From an uncultured Actinomycetota bacterium (lineage in GTDB: Bacteria; Actinomycetota; Actinomycetes; CAVWCF01), in contig CAVWCF010000001.1 of assembly GCA_963753435.1 (NCBI GenBank), positions 768,001 to 832,000 of the forward strand: a DNA stretch of 64,000 nucleotides, given 5' to 3'. The position numbers and the translations under genes were made by a program. Numbering within the stretch: position 1 is the first letter of the stretch; every line of letters starts with the position of its first letter. Below the pieces are notes generated by a model. The model did no database searches and was not told the DNA's origin. It was given only the letters and a program-made list of their open reading frames with translations. Shown here piece after piece: positions 51,438 to 60,817 of this stretch.

Positions 51438-52088
51438 TCAGCCGAAAAGCAACGACAGACCCGGCACATCCAGATCCCGCAGCGCCACTGACCCCCCGGG
51501 CAAGGCCAGGCGCCGCCAAGCGCCCGCCTGCAGCGCCACCGCATCGCCGTCGGGTCCCAGCAACCCCAAGCGATCCGCAGCGTGCGCGGCCCGCAACGGG
51601 ATCCCGCCGACCACGGGCGTGCGCCACACCTCCCGGGCCCACTGGTCCAGCCGCTCCTGACTGCGTTCGGCCTCGGGAACGGACTCGGCCTTGGCACGGA
51701 ACGAAGTCACTCCGCTGGCTACCGACGCGTGCAGTGACTCGACGGTTACCTGCCCGATCCGCGTCCAGCCGCTTCGCGGTGGCAGCAAGCCCGCCCACCC
51801 CGGTCCGGTCACCGACGCCGGCACGGCGAACTCCTCCCCCAAGGCAGGGCCCATCGCGTCCAACAGACGCTGCCCGGACACGGTCACGTCCAACTCCGCC
51901 GGTTCGGCAAGGGCGACGGGGCGCAGGGCCAGCACATCAAACGGGGGGCCCGACCACACGCCCAGGACGGTGCCGCGGGCCTGCAGTCGGACGGCGGCAC
52001 GCGTGTCCAAACCGAGGACGCGCTGCAGGTACGCGGCCAGGCCTTGGGCCTCAACCGCGCCGGCGGGGCGCAGGACGGTGGTGCTCAC
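51438..52088 (-). CDS. Conserved actinobacterial hypothetical protein (Rv2474c-like)
   Basis: AVRLQARG, WAGLLPPRSGW; usual position next to the thioesterase and ettA. Confidence 0.7.
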   Translation of the reverse strand: MSTTVLRPAGAVEAQGLAAYLQRVLGLDTRAAVRLQARGTVLGVWSGPPFDVLALRPVALAEPAELDVTVSGQRLLDAMGPALGEEFAVPASVTGPGWAGLLPPRSGWTRIGQVTVESLHASVASGVTSFRAKAESVPEAERSQERLDQWAREVWRTPVVGGIPLRAAHAADRLGLLGPDGDAVALQAGAWRRLALPGGSVALRDLDVPGLSLLFG

Positions 52089-52495
52089 GCGGCGGGCTCG
52101 TACAAGCGCTTCAAGAACTCCTGCTCGGCCTCGGTCAGTCGCCGGGGGCGCTGCTCCTTGAGGTCGTACGGAACCTGCACCGAAGTCGCCCTGGCATACG
52201 TGGGGCCATCCAAGTCGTGCACCTCGTAGGCGAAGTCGAAGGCGGAGTTTCCGATCCGGGTCACCCAGACGTCGACCAGCACCGGCTCGGGCCGGTAGAC
52301 CAAGGGCGCGGTGTACTTGATGGTCAACTCCGCCAGCACCACGCCTTCGGCCATCGTGGCCGGCCCGGCGTGACCTCCGCTGAACAACAGGTCAACGCGG
52401 GCCTGCTCCAAGTACCGGGCCAGGTGCACGTTGTTGACGTGGCCGAACGCGTCCATGTCACCCCAGCGCATGGGGCAGGGGTAGCGGTGCCGCAC
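52085..52495 (-). CDS. Acyl-CoA thioesterase (4HBT/hotdog family)
   Basis: RWGDMDAFGHVNN, YLEQAR; start GTG 52495. Confidence 0.9.
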   Translation of the reverse strand: MRHRYPCPMRWGDMDAFGHVNNVHLARYLEQARVDLLFSGGHAGPATMAEGVVLAELTIKYTAPLVYRPEPVLVDVWVTRIGNSAFDFAYEVHDLDGPTYARATSVQVPYDLKEQRPRRLTEAEQEFLKRLYEPAA

Positions 52496-52497
52496 GT

Positions 52498-54168
52498 TCA
52501 GTTCCGCGTGAGCTTGCGGTACGTAGTGCGATGCGGGCGGGCCGCCTCCGGGCCCATGCGCTCGATCTTGTTCGCCTCGTACGACTCGAAGTTGCCTTCG
52601 AACCAGAACCACTGGGAGTCGCCTTCGTAGGCCAAGATGTGGGTGGCGACCCGGTCCAGGAACCAGCGGTCGTGGCTGATGACCACGGCGCAGCCGGGGA
52701 ACTCCAGTAGCGCGTTTTCCAGGCTGGACAAGGTTTCCACGTCGAGGTCGTTCGTCGGCTCGTCGAGGAGCAGCAAGTTGCCGCCCTGCTTCAACGTGAG
52801 CGCCAGGTTCAGCCTGTTGCGCTCACCCCCGGACAGCACGCCGGCCGGCTTCTGCTGGTCCGGGCCCTTGAATCCGAACGCGCCCACGTAGGCGCGGCTG
52901 GGCATCTCCACGTTGCCGACCTTGATCCAGTCCAGGCCGTCGGAGACGACCTCCCACAAGGTCTTGCCCGGCTCGATACCGCCGCGACCCTGGTCCACAT
53001 AGGAGACCTGAACCGTTTCCCCGACCTTGATGGCTCCGGAGTCGGCCTGCTCCTCGCCGATCAGCATCTTGAACAGGGTTGTCTTGCCGACCCCGTTGGG
53101 CCCGATGACCCCGACGATGCCGTTGCGGGGCAGCGAGAAGGAGAGGTTGTCGATCAGCAGCCGGTCGCCGAAACCCTTGGAAAGGTGGTCGGCCTCGACG
53201 ACCACGTTTCCGAGTCGGGGGCCGGGCGGGATCTGAATCTCCTCGAAGTCCAACTTGCGGGTCTTCTCCGCCTCGATCGCCATCTCCTCGTAGCGGGCCA
53301 GGCGGGCCCGGCTCTTGGTCTGGCGGGCCTTGGCGTTGCTGCGCACCCACTCCAACTCGTCGGTCAGGCGCTTGCGCATCTTGGCGTCCTTCTGACCCTC
53401 GACCTTCAAGCGAGACGCCTTGGTCTCCAGGTACGTGGAGTAGTTGCCCTCATACGGGTACGCCCGGCCGCGGTCCAGTTCCAGGATCCACTGGGCGACG
53501 TTGTCGAGGAAGTAGCGGTCGTGGGTAACCGCAACGACGGTGCCCTCGTACTTCTCCAAGTGCTGTTCGAGCCAGAGCACCGACTCGGCGTCGAGGTGGT
53601 TGGTCGGCTCGTCCAGCAGGAGCAGGTCCGGCTTGCTCAGCAGCAGCTTGCACAGCGCGACCCGGCGCCGCTCCCCACCGGACAGCACGGTCACGTCGGC
53701 GTCCGGCGGCGGGCACCGGAGGGCGTCCATGGCCTGGTCCAACTGCGAGTCCAGGTCCCACGCACCGCGGTGGTCCAGCGACTCCTGCAGGGTTCCCATC
53801 TCCGTCATCAGGGCGTCGAAGTCCGCGTCCGGCTCACCCATCGCAGCGGAGACCTCGTTGAACCGGTCCAGCATCGCCTTGGTCTCAGCGACGCCCTCCT
53901 GAACGTTCTCCAGAACCGTCTTGGACTCGTTGAGTTGCGGCTCCTGCTCCAGGATGCCGACCGTGTAGCCGGGGCTGAGCTGGGCGTCACCGTTAGATGG
54001 CGTGTCCAAACCGGCCATGATCCGTAGGACGCTGGACTTGCCGGCGCCGTTTGGGCCGACGACACCGATCTTCGCGCCCGGGTAGAACGCCAGGGTCACG
54101 TCGTCCAAGATCACTTTGTCGCCGTGCGCCTTGCGCGCCTTATGCATGGTGTAGATGAACTCAGCCAT
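52498..54168 (-). CDS. ettA: Energy-dependent translational throttle protein EttA (ABC-F)
   Basis: MAEFIYTM, two ABC cassettes (GPNGAGKS, GPNGVGKT), LSGGERRR/LSGGERNR. Confidence 0.97.
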   Translation of the reverse strand: MAEFIYTMHKARKAHGDKVILDDVTLAFYPGAKIGVVGPNGAGKSSVLRIMAGLDTPSNGDAQLSPGYTVGILEQEPQLNESKTVLENVQEGVAETKAMLDRFNEVSAAMGEPDADFDALMTEMGTLQESLDHRGAWDLDSQLDQAMDALRCPPPDADVTVLSGGERRRVALCKLLLSKPDLLLLDEPTNHLDAESVLWLEQHLEKYEGTVVAVTHDRYFLDNVAQWILELDRGRAYPYEGNYSTYLETKASRLKVEGQKDAKMRKRLTDELEWVRSNAKARQTKSRARLARYEEMAIEAEKTRKLDFEEIQIPPGPRLGNVVVEADHLSKGFGDRLLIDNLSFSLPRNGIVGVIGPNGVGKTTLFKMLIGEEQADSGAIKVGETVQVSYVDQGRGGIEPGKTLWEVVSDGLDWIKVGNVEMPSRAYVGAFGFKGPDQQKPAGVLSGGERNRLNLALTLKQGGNLLLLDEPTNDLDVETLSSLENALLEFPGCAVVISHDRWFLDRVATHILAYEGDSQWFWFEGNFESYEANKIERMGPEAARPHRTTYRKLTRN

Positions 54169-54209
54169 GGCCGCAGGGTACGGGCGGACCCGTGGTGTCC
54201 CGTAATCGC

Positions 54210-54641
54210 TCAAGCAGCCTCGCTGGCCGCCGTCGCGGCCGCAGCGATGCTCGGTTCGTCCCCGGCGCCCTCGGGTCGGCCGCGCCGCGCGGTCCGGAAC
54301 ACCGATACACCACGGGCCAGGTCGTGACCGACGGCCAGCGCCTCCACCTCCACATTGATGCCGGTCCGGTCATCCTTGGCCCAGTTCTTGATCCGCAACC
54401 GGCCTTGCACGATCAGCGGGTCGCCCTTGCCCACACAGGACGCAACGTGATCGGCCAGTGTGCGCCAACAGACCACCGTCACGAAGTTGGTCTCCGCGTC
54501 GCTCCACCGCCCGGACTCCCGATCGAACCGGCGCCTGGACGAGGCCAACCGGAACGAGGTGACCGGAACTCCGGTGCCAGTGCTGGCGACGCGCAGCTCG
54601 CTGGCAACGTTTCCCACCAGCGTCACCATCGTGTCGTTCAT
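54210..54641 (-). CDS. ssb: Single-stranded DNA-binding protein, secondary paralog (SsbB-like)
   Basis: VTLVGNV, FRLASSRRRFDR, VVCWRTLA, KGDPLIVQGRL, AVGHDL; no acidic DDxPF tail; AAGGAGG RBS. Confidence 0.85.
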   Translation of the reverse strand: MNDTMVTLVGNVASELRVASTGTGVPVTSFRLASSRRRFDRESGRWSDAETNFVTVVCWRTLADHVASCVGKGDPLIVQGRLRIKNWAKDDRTGINVEVEALAVGHDLARGVSVFRTARRGRPEGAGDEPSIAAAATAASEAA

Positions 54642-54803
54642 GACTTCCTCCTTTGTCGACTGCCCGAACGCTCGTGCGTGCCAGGCGCAGTCGCGGCAGC
54701 ACGGGTCCGGCTGTGGAAAAGCGCCGGCCGTGACACCTGGGGACGGGGGGATGCAAACAACCTCCGCACGACACCGGGACACCGCCCGCGAGACACTGTT
54801 CTC

Positions 54804-56111
54804 ATGCGAACTTCGGCGCTGCGGGCCGCCCGATTGCTGGCCATTCCGGCCTCGGCGGTGGGTCTGGAGGCGGTCGGACTGCTGCGGCGGCTGGGCGGTG
54901 CTCCCGCGGCCGATGTTCGCCAGCAGTTGCGGACTGCCCACGCGCAGCGAACCCGCCGCTCGCTAGGCCAACTCAAGGGCGGCGCGCTGAAGGCCGGGCA
55001 ACTGTTGTCCACCGTCGAGGCCCTGTTCCCGGAAGACCCGGAGTCGACCTGGCGGCACGAACTCGTCGCGCTGCAGGAGAACAACCCACCGGTGGCCTTC
55101 GCAGACATCCAGAAGGTCCTTCGTGACGAATTGGGCCGCGATTGGCGGGCCGAGTTCGAATCCTTCGCCGAGGAGCCGGTGGCCGCTGCCTCGCTCGGGC
55201 AGGTCCACCGGGCCCGCATGCACGGCCGGGAAGTGGCGGTCAAGGTGCAGTACCCGGGCATCGCCGACGCGGTGGCAGCAGACGTTCGGATGCTGGCCGT
55301 CGCGTTGCGCCTGGCCGGCCTGGTCGCCCCTGGACTGGCGATGCCCCCGCTGGTGGCGGAACTGCGAACCCGCCTGGCGGAGGAACTGGACTACCGGCAC
55401 GAAGGCAGCACCCAGCAGCGTTTCGCCGACGCGTACGCAGGCGACACAGGGGTTGCCGTGCCGCAGGTGCGCCTGGCGCTGGACCGGGTTCTGGTCACCG
55501 ACTGGCTCGACGGCGAGCCCTTGGTGCGGGTTACTCCCGGTTCCCCGGCCGCCGACGCCGCCGGCATCGCCTATCAACGGTTCTTCCTGGAGTCCCCGGC
55601 GCGCGTCGGGCTGCTGCACACCGATCCGCACCCGGGCAACTTCCGCTGGACCGCCGACCGACGGCTGGGCGTGTTCGACTTCGGCTCCGCCTTGTCGATG
55701 CCCGGGGGTCTCCCGGACACGTTCGGTCGGCTGATCCGCGTGCTGCAAGGCGCAGACGGCGATGCCGTGCTCGATGGTCTGCACGCAGGGGGGTTCCTGA
55801 GGCCCGGACGCACCGTCGAGGTGGACAAGCTCATCGACTACCTGTCCCCTTTCACCGAGCCGTCACGCCACGAGACGTTCACCTACAGCCGCCAGTGGCT
55901 GCGGTCGCAGTTCGCCCGGGTCAACGACCCACGGAACCCCGAGTTCGCTGTCGCGCTGCAACTGAACTTGCCCGCCGAGCACCTGTTCACCCATCGGGTC
56001 TGGTTGGGCATCGTCGGCGTGCTGTGCCAACTGAACGCGACCGTCCCGGTGGCCGCGGAACTGCGCGAATGGTTGCCCGGTTTCGCCGACGAGGCTGCGA
56101 CAAAGGATTGA
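54804..56111 (+). CDS. ABC1/AarF/UbiB family atypical kinase
   Basis: LKGGALKAGQ, AAASLGQVH, VAVKVQYPG, HTDPHPGN, DFG; start ATG 54804. Confidence 0.92.
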   Translation: MRTSALRAARLLAIPASAVGLEAVGLLRRLGGAPAADVRQQLRTAHAQRTRRSLGQLKGGALKAGQLLSTVEALFPEDPESTWRHELVALQENNPPVAFADIQKVLRDELGRDWRAEFESFAEEPVAAASLGQVHRARMHGREVAVKVQYPGIADAVAADVRMLAVALRLAGLVAPGLAMPPLVAELRTRLAEELDYRHEGSTQQRFADAYAGDTGVAVPQVRLALDRVLVTDWLDGEPLVRVTPGSPAADAAGIAYQRFFLESPARVGLLHTDPHPGNFRWTADRRLGVFDFGSALSMPGGLPDTFGRLIRVLQGADGDAVLDGLHAGGFLRPGRTVEVDKLIDYLSPFTEPSRHETFTYSRQWLRSQFARVNDPRNPEFAVALQLNLPAEHLFTHRVWLGIVGVLCQLNATVPVAAELREWLPGFADEAATKD

Positions 56112-56177
56112 CCTAACCACGGCACGACTTGGACCCGCACAAGGCAGGCTTACGACTGTGGGATTGGAGGTGTTCGC

Positions 56178-56621
56178 ATGCTGAGTCCGGAGATGACCGC
56201 CTTCATGGAGGGCGTGCGCCGACGCCGCTCGGAACTGCGCCAGGCGATGGGGGACCTGGAGCGGGCACTGGCGCGGCCGGCGAATCCGGAGTGGATCGGC
56301 CGCGTCCGGCAGGCGCTGGACCGGATGCACAGTGACCTGCGCGCGCACGTGGTCGCCAGCGAAGGCGCGGACGGCCTGTACGCGCAGATCCTCGCCGACG
56401 CTCCACATCTTTCGGCCCGCGTCGAACAACTGGTCCGAGAGCACGAGGTGTTGGCAACCGCGGTTGCCGCGATGGTCACCGCCGCAGAATCCGACTCCCC
56501 CGACGTGTCCGCGCTGCGCGAGAGCGGCACGGACTTCCTGGTGCGGCTGTCGCGACACCGGCAGGCGGGCTCGGACCTGATGTTCGACGCCTACGACCTG
56601 GATGTGGGCGGCGAGACCTGA
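56178..56621 (+). CDS. Hemerythrin-like four-helix protein
   Basis: LRAHVVASE, LVREH, LSRHRQAGSDL, YDLDVGGET pattern; GGAGG RBS. Confidence 0.65.
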   Translation: MLSPEMTAFMEGVRRRRSELRQAMGDLERALARPANPEWIGRVRQALDRMHSDLRAHVVASEGADGLYAQILADAPHLSARVEQLVREHEVLATAVAAMVTAAESDSPDVSALRESGTDFLVRLSRHRQAGSDLMFDAYDLDVGGET

Positions 56622-56678
56622 GGCGGCAACGACCGAGGCGGTCGCGCCTTTGCAGGCAGCGGCGCCTGTCCGCTTGGG

Positions 56679-56933
56679 CTAGTTGTCCAGGATCGATGGA
56701 TCGGTCAGGTGCGGTTCGATGGCCTTGAGGCCCTGGCCCACGAACGGTGCCGGTGACGTCGCCTTGATGACCTTGACCACGTGCTCTTCGCGCACCTCGC
56801 CACCTTCGCCGACCTCCTTGGTCAGCCCCTTGGTGAAACTCTTCTTGGTCACGCTCCGGAATGGCATCGGTGCGGACTTGATGGCTGCTTCGAATACTGC
56901 CTGGGAGTTCTCGGTCCAGTTGAACTCAGCCAT
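56679..56933 (-). CDS. Small DUF2621/PCP_red-like helical protein (84 aa)
   Basis: WTENSQAVFEAAIKSAPMPFR...EEHVVKVIKATSP; GGAGG RBS before ATG 56933. Confidence 0.5.
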   Translation of the reverse strand: MAEFNWTENSQAVFEAAIKSAPMPFRSVTKKSFTKGLTKEVGEGGEVREEHVVKVIKATSPAPFVGQGLKAIEPHLTDPSILDN

Positions 56934-56966
56934 TCTTTCGACCTCCAATGTCACCGGCTGTCACGA

Positions 56967-57194
56967 TCATTCGTCGGTATCGACTCGGGTACGGGCGTGC
57001 TCTTCCAGCCGCAAGCCGATGGTTTCGTCCTTGGCGATGGCGAAGTTCGGGCAGGCCCGGATGCACTTGCCGCAGTCATCGCATCGATCAGTGATCTGGT
57101 AGTAGTCCTTGAACTCCACCACGGCGTCCATGGGGCAGATGTCCCAGCAGGTACCGCAGATCAGGCACTGCTCCATGATGTAGGGATGAGCCAT
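56967..57194 (-). CDS. 2x[4Fe-4S] ferredoxin (75 aa)
   Basis: CLICGTCWDICP and CDDCGKCIRACP; TGATG overlap with the upstream gene. Confidence 0.92.
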   Translation of the reverse strand: MAHPYIMEQCLICGTCWDICPMDAVVEFKDYYQITDRCDDCGKCIRACPNFAIAKDETIGLRLEEHARTRVDTDE

Positions 57195-57922
57195 CAGTAA
57201 CCCTCCCCCGTGGACACGTTCTTCAGGTTCTCGATGATCAGCGGCAGTAGCTCCCAGTGGATCACGCAGAACATCTCCGAATCGTCGAGCTGCATGAAGG
57301 TCCGGGCGGGCGGATCGCCGAAGTCGAAGGTGATGGTCTTGTCGTTGAACACCTGCGGGAAGGACATGCCACACCAGTTGGTGCCACCGAGGGCATGGAC
57401 CAGTTCCCCGGTCTTCCACGTGTAGGCCTTGCACAGCCGCATGACCCGTTGCGGGTCGGTGATGATCATCACTGCTTCGGGGTCGGGCATTTCCTCCAGC
57501 TTGCCCATGAGCAAGTACTTGTGCTTCTCCTCGTAGTGCGGCAGTTGCTGGTTGACCCGACGCATGACCGCCTTGCTCGAGTAGGCCCGGTTCTCCCCGA
57601 CGATCATCTCCAACCCTTGGTCGAAGTCGGACTTGCTGAGTCGCCGGTTGCCGACACCGCAGTAGACCGCGCCCCCACACACGACGTTGTTCCTCGTGAT
57701 GCAGGTCAGCCCATCGCGGTCCAGCGACGCGGTCGCTTCGTAACAGGGGAAGGTCATGCCCTCGAAGGCCTGGACGCCTTCGGGTCGGGTGTTGGTCCGC
57801 CTGATGCCGAGGATCTTCCGCTTGTACCCCTCGGACTCCTGCAGGAACTTGGCGTACTCAGCGCTCTTGCTCAGGGTCGCCGTGCTCTCTGCCGCCTGTT
57901 GCGCTGCCTCCTGTTGAGCCAT
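57194..57922 (-). CDS. DUF169 (COG2043)-like Cys-rich protein
   Basis: VVCGGAVYCG, PEAVMIITDPQRVMRL, NWCG, FGDPPAR, EMFCVI...IIENL; 7 Cys. Confidence 0.72.
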   Translation of the reverse strand: MAQQEAAQQAAESTATLSKSAEYAKFLQESEGYKRKILGIRRTNTRPEGVQAFEGMTFPCYEATASLDRDGLTCITRNNVVCGGAVYCGVGNRRLSKSDFDQGLEMIVGENRAYSSKAVMRRVNQQLPHYEEKHKYLLMGKLEEMPDPEAVMIITDPQRVMRLCKAYTWKTGELVHALGGTNWCGMSFPQVFNDKTITFDFGDPPARTFMQLDDSEMFCVIHWELLPLIIENLKNVSTGEGY

Positions 57923-58019
57923 GGGGTCAGCGTGGCAAGCCGCGCCTAGTGCGGTTAGGGCCTATCGGCCCGGCCATCCGCCCTTGATTGGACCACGCGC
58001 GGCTCGAGTCGCCACCCGG

Positions 58020-59657
58020 TCATCCGGATGCGAGGTCGCGCCGTTGCCATCCCGCCAGGCCGACCGACCCCAGCGTTACCGCCACCAGCGTCAAGGCGAC
58101 GAGGGGCACTGCGATCCCGGTCGGGAAGGGGGCGGGCAGCGTCGGCGAGTGAACGAAGGGGGACAAGTTCATGAGCCATTGCGGTACTTGCCACAACGGA
58201 CCGAACTCCCCCAGCACGATGGCGGCGGCGTACAAGCCCCAGACCACACCCAGCAGCCGCGGCAGCCAGCCGAAGGCGGCCAGGACGAGCGCGATGAACA
58301 GCCACACGGCCGGCAGGTGCGCCAAGCTCGCTCCGACGACAGGCGCGACCTCACCCGCATCGCCGACGGCCAGTGCGTTGCCGACCCCGATCGCAACACC
58401 GGAGACCAGGCTCAAGATCGTGACCGCCACTGCGGTCGAGACCGCATGGCTGAGCGCCCAGGGCGTGCGGGAGACCCCGGCGGATAGAACCAACTCGGCG
58501 CGGCCGGCGGACTCCTCCGAGTGCAGATGCCCGGCAGCCGCGATCCCGTACGCGGCCAGGATCACGCCCATAAGACCGATCTCGGCCGCTAGGAACGCAT
58601 CCACCAACGCCTGCTCGCCGCCGAGGGACTGGATGATTTCCTGAATGTTCGGCGACGTCAGGAAGCCGCTCACGTTGCTCGCGATCGAACCGAGCAGGAG
58701 CCCGAAGAGCGCGAAGGCCGCCGCCCATGCGAGGAACAGCCCGCGCTGCATCCGCACCGCCAGACTCCATGGACTCGACAGAGCTCCGTGCGCCGGGCCG
58801 GGACGATCGGGGATCAGGCCGCTCCCGAGATCCCTGCGTGCGCGAAGCCCGAACGCGAGCGGGACCAGGATCAGGATCAGCAGCAACGGGAACAGGACCA
58901 CCCACCACCGGTCCCCCGCGAACGCTCGGATCTGTTGGTTCCAGCCGATCGGGGACAACCAGGACAGCACCGAGGGCGGTGACGACAGGTCGCCGACGGC
59001 ACGCAGCACGTAGGTGATGGCGAGAACGACCAGCGAGACGCCTACCGCCGATCGAGCGCTGGAAGCTACCTGCGCAGCGATCGCAGCGACGGCGGCAAAG
59101 GCCAGACCGGTTGCGGCCCAGCCGACGCCGAACGCCAACGAACCCACCAACGGCAAACCCGCCAGCGCCAGACTGGACGCCGTCAAGATCCCCAGAATCG
59201 CGCTGGCCGCAGCCCCGACGATCAGCGCCGCGGCCAGCGGTGCCGCCCGCCCGAGAACGCCCGCGCCGAGCAACTCCAAGCGCCCCGCCTCTTCCTCGCC
59301 GCGCGTGTGGCGGACGGTGATGACGATCATCAGGACCGCCACGAGAGCCGTGCCGAAGGCGCTGAGCTTCAGCAAGGACACTGCCCCCAGCGATGCCGGG
59401 TCGTACACCCGACCGTAGAGCGCGATCAGCGAGGCACTTGAGTTCACAACCTCGGCCGCGGCGATGCGATCTTCTTCGCGCGGGTAGAGGTCGCTGGTCG
59501 CGGCAGCAGAGAACCCGGTCAACATCGCGAACGCAACAGACCAGCCGGGGATGAGCCAGCGGTCCCGGCGCAGCGCCAGCCGGACCATCGTTGCGGTACC
59601 GGCCCAACGCCCAACGGTCACGGTCCTGGCGGGCGCCGGGCTGACAAGCGTGCTCAC
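58020..59657 (-). CDS. ABC-2 type exporter permease (polyether-ionophore-resistance-like)
   Basis: LALRRDR, RHTRGEEEAGRLEL, WLSPIGW, LSPFVH, RRDL; about 12 TM helices. Confidence 0.85.
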   Translation of the reverse strand: MSTLVSPAPARTVTVGRWAGTATMVRLALRRDRWLIPGWSVAFAMLTGFSAAATSDLYPREEDRIAAAEVVNSSASLIALYGRVYDPASLGAVSLLKLSAFGTALVAVLMIVITVRHTRGEEEAGRLELLGAGVLGRAAPLAAALIVGAAASAILGILTASSLALAGLPLVGSLAFGVGWAATGLAFAAVAAIAAQVASSARSAVGVSLVVLAITYVLRAVGDLSSPPSVLSWLSPIGWNQQIRAFAGDRWWVVLFPLLLILILVPLAFGLRARRDLGSGLIPDRPGPAHGALSSPWSLAVRMQRGLFLAWAAAFALFGLLLGSIASNVSGFLTSPNIQEIIQSLGGEQALVDAFLAAEIGLMGVILAAYGIAAAGHLHSEESAGRAELVLSAGVSRTPWALSHAVSTAVAVTILSLVSGVAIGVGNALAVGDAGEVAPVVGASLAHLPAVWLFIALVLAAFGWLPRLLGVVWGLYAAAIVLGEFGPLWQVPQWLMNLSPFVHSPTLPAPFPTGIAVPLVALTLVAVTLGSVGLAGWQRRDLASG

Positions 59658-60580
59658 GGCCGGCCTTCCGACTCCTGAACCCCGGCCGGTGTGCCGTAGT
59701 GGCGCAAGAACAATTCCTCCAGCGTGGGCGGCTGGCTCGACAGGCTCTGCACGCCCGCTAGCGACAAGGCCGCGAGCAGCGGCTGCATGCCGTGCGTTTC
59801 GACTTCGGCGCTGATTCGGTGGTCCTTCACGAGGAGGCCGTGCACCCCCGGCAGCTGATCCAGTCCGGGCGGCACCGTGGTCACGTCGGCGGTGACGAAG
59901 GTTCGGGTTAGGTGGCGCAACTGCTGCAGCGGTCCGGTCTCGACGACCACCCCGTCACGGATGATGCTCACCCGATCGGACAACGCCTCAGCCTCGGACA
60001 GGATGTGGCTGCTCAACAGGATCGTGCGACCGTCGTCCCGCATTCGGCGGACGATGTCGCGGAACATCGCTTCCTTCAGCGGGTCCAGTCCCGCCGTCGG
60101 CTCGTCCAACAGGTACAACTCGGCGTCCGCCGCCAGGGCGGCGATGAGCGCCACCTTCTGGCGATTGCCCCGCGAATAGGCACGCGTGCGTTTCGTAGGG
60201 TCGAGGTCGAACAGCTGCAGCAGTTCGTCCCTACGCTCCCGGTTCTGGCTGCCTTGCAGCCGGGCCATTAGGTCGATGACTTCCCCACCGGTGAGGTTGG
60301 GCCACAGCGCGACGTCGCCCGGCACATAGGCCATCCGGCCATGCAGGGCGGACGCGTCCCGCCAGGCATCCCCACCGAGTACGCGGACCTCGCCGGAATC
60401 TGCCCGCAGTAGCCCCAACAGGATGCGCAGCGTGGTGGTCTTGCCGGCGCCGTTGGGGCCCAGGAAGCCATGGACCTCACCCGGAGCCACCTCCAGGTCC
60501 AGCCCGGCAAGGGCCTGCGTGGAGCCGAATGCCTTCGTGACCCCGCGGAGTCGGACGACCGGTTCCCGGCTGTCGCTCAT
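59654..60580 (-). CDS. ABC exporter ATP-binding protein
   Basis: GPNGAGKTT, YSRGNRQKV, LLDEPTAGLDP, SSHILSE, PTLEELFL. Confidence 0.93.
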   Translation of the reverse strand: MSDSREPVVRLRGVTKAFGSTQALAGLDLEVAPGEVHGFLGPNGAGKTTTLRILLGLLRADSGEVRVLGGDAWRDASALHGRMAYVPGDVALWPNLTGGEVIDLMARLQGSQNRERRDELLQLFDLDPTKRTRAYSRGNRQKVALIAALAADAELYLLDEPTAGLDPLKEAMFRDIVRRMRDDGRTILLSSHILSEAEALSDRVSIIRDGVVVETGPLQQLRHLTRTFVTADVTTVPPGLDQLPGVHGLLVKDHRISAEVETHGMQPLLAALSLAGVQSLSSQPPTLEELFLRHYGTPAGVQESEGRP

Positions 60581-60662
60581 ACGTCCACGCTAATCCGTAA
60601 GCGTTGGCCAACGACCGGCCAAAGGACCCACGCAACCAACGCTGCCGCCGTTGCCGGAACGA

Positions 60663-60740
60663 TGGTGGGGCGGGTGGGACTTGAACCCACGACCTGTCGG
60701 ATTATGAGTCCGCCGCTCTGACCAACTGAGCTACCGCCCC
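60663..60740 (-). tRNA. tRNA with CAT anticodon, probably tRNA-Ile2 (lysidine)
   Basis: GGGGCGGTAGCTCAGTTGGTCAGAGCG GCGGA-CTCATAA-TCCGA CAGGTC GTGGGTTCAAGTCCCACCCGCCCCACCA; lacks initiator features; lies near tRNA-Asn/dnaG. Confidence 0.88.
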
Positions 60741-60817
60741 CGACTGCTGCCACTCGGTGAGGACAAGCGGCAGCGGGATGCGCCGAAGTCTAGGTCCAGC
60801 GCTACGGCGCACGGCCG

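Noticed and set aside
58020-60580. ABC exporter as a marker of a biosynthetic gene cluster
   Set aside because: A common stand-alone actinobacterial transporter, with no biosynthetic genes adjacent.
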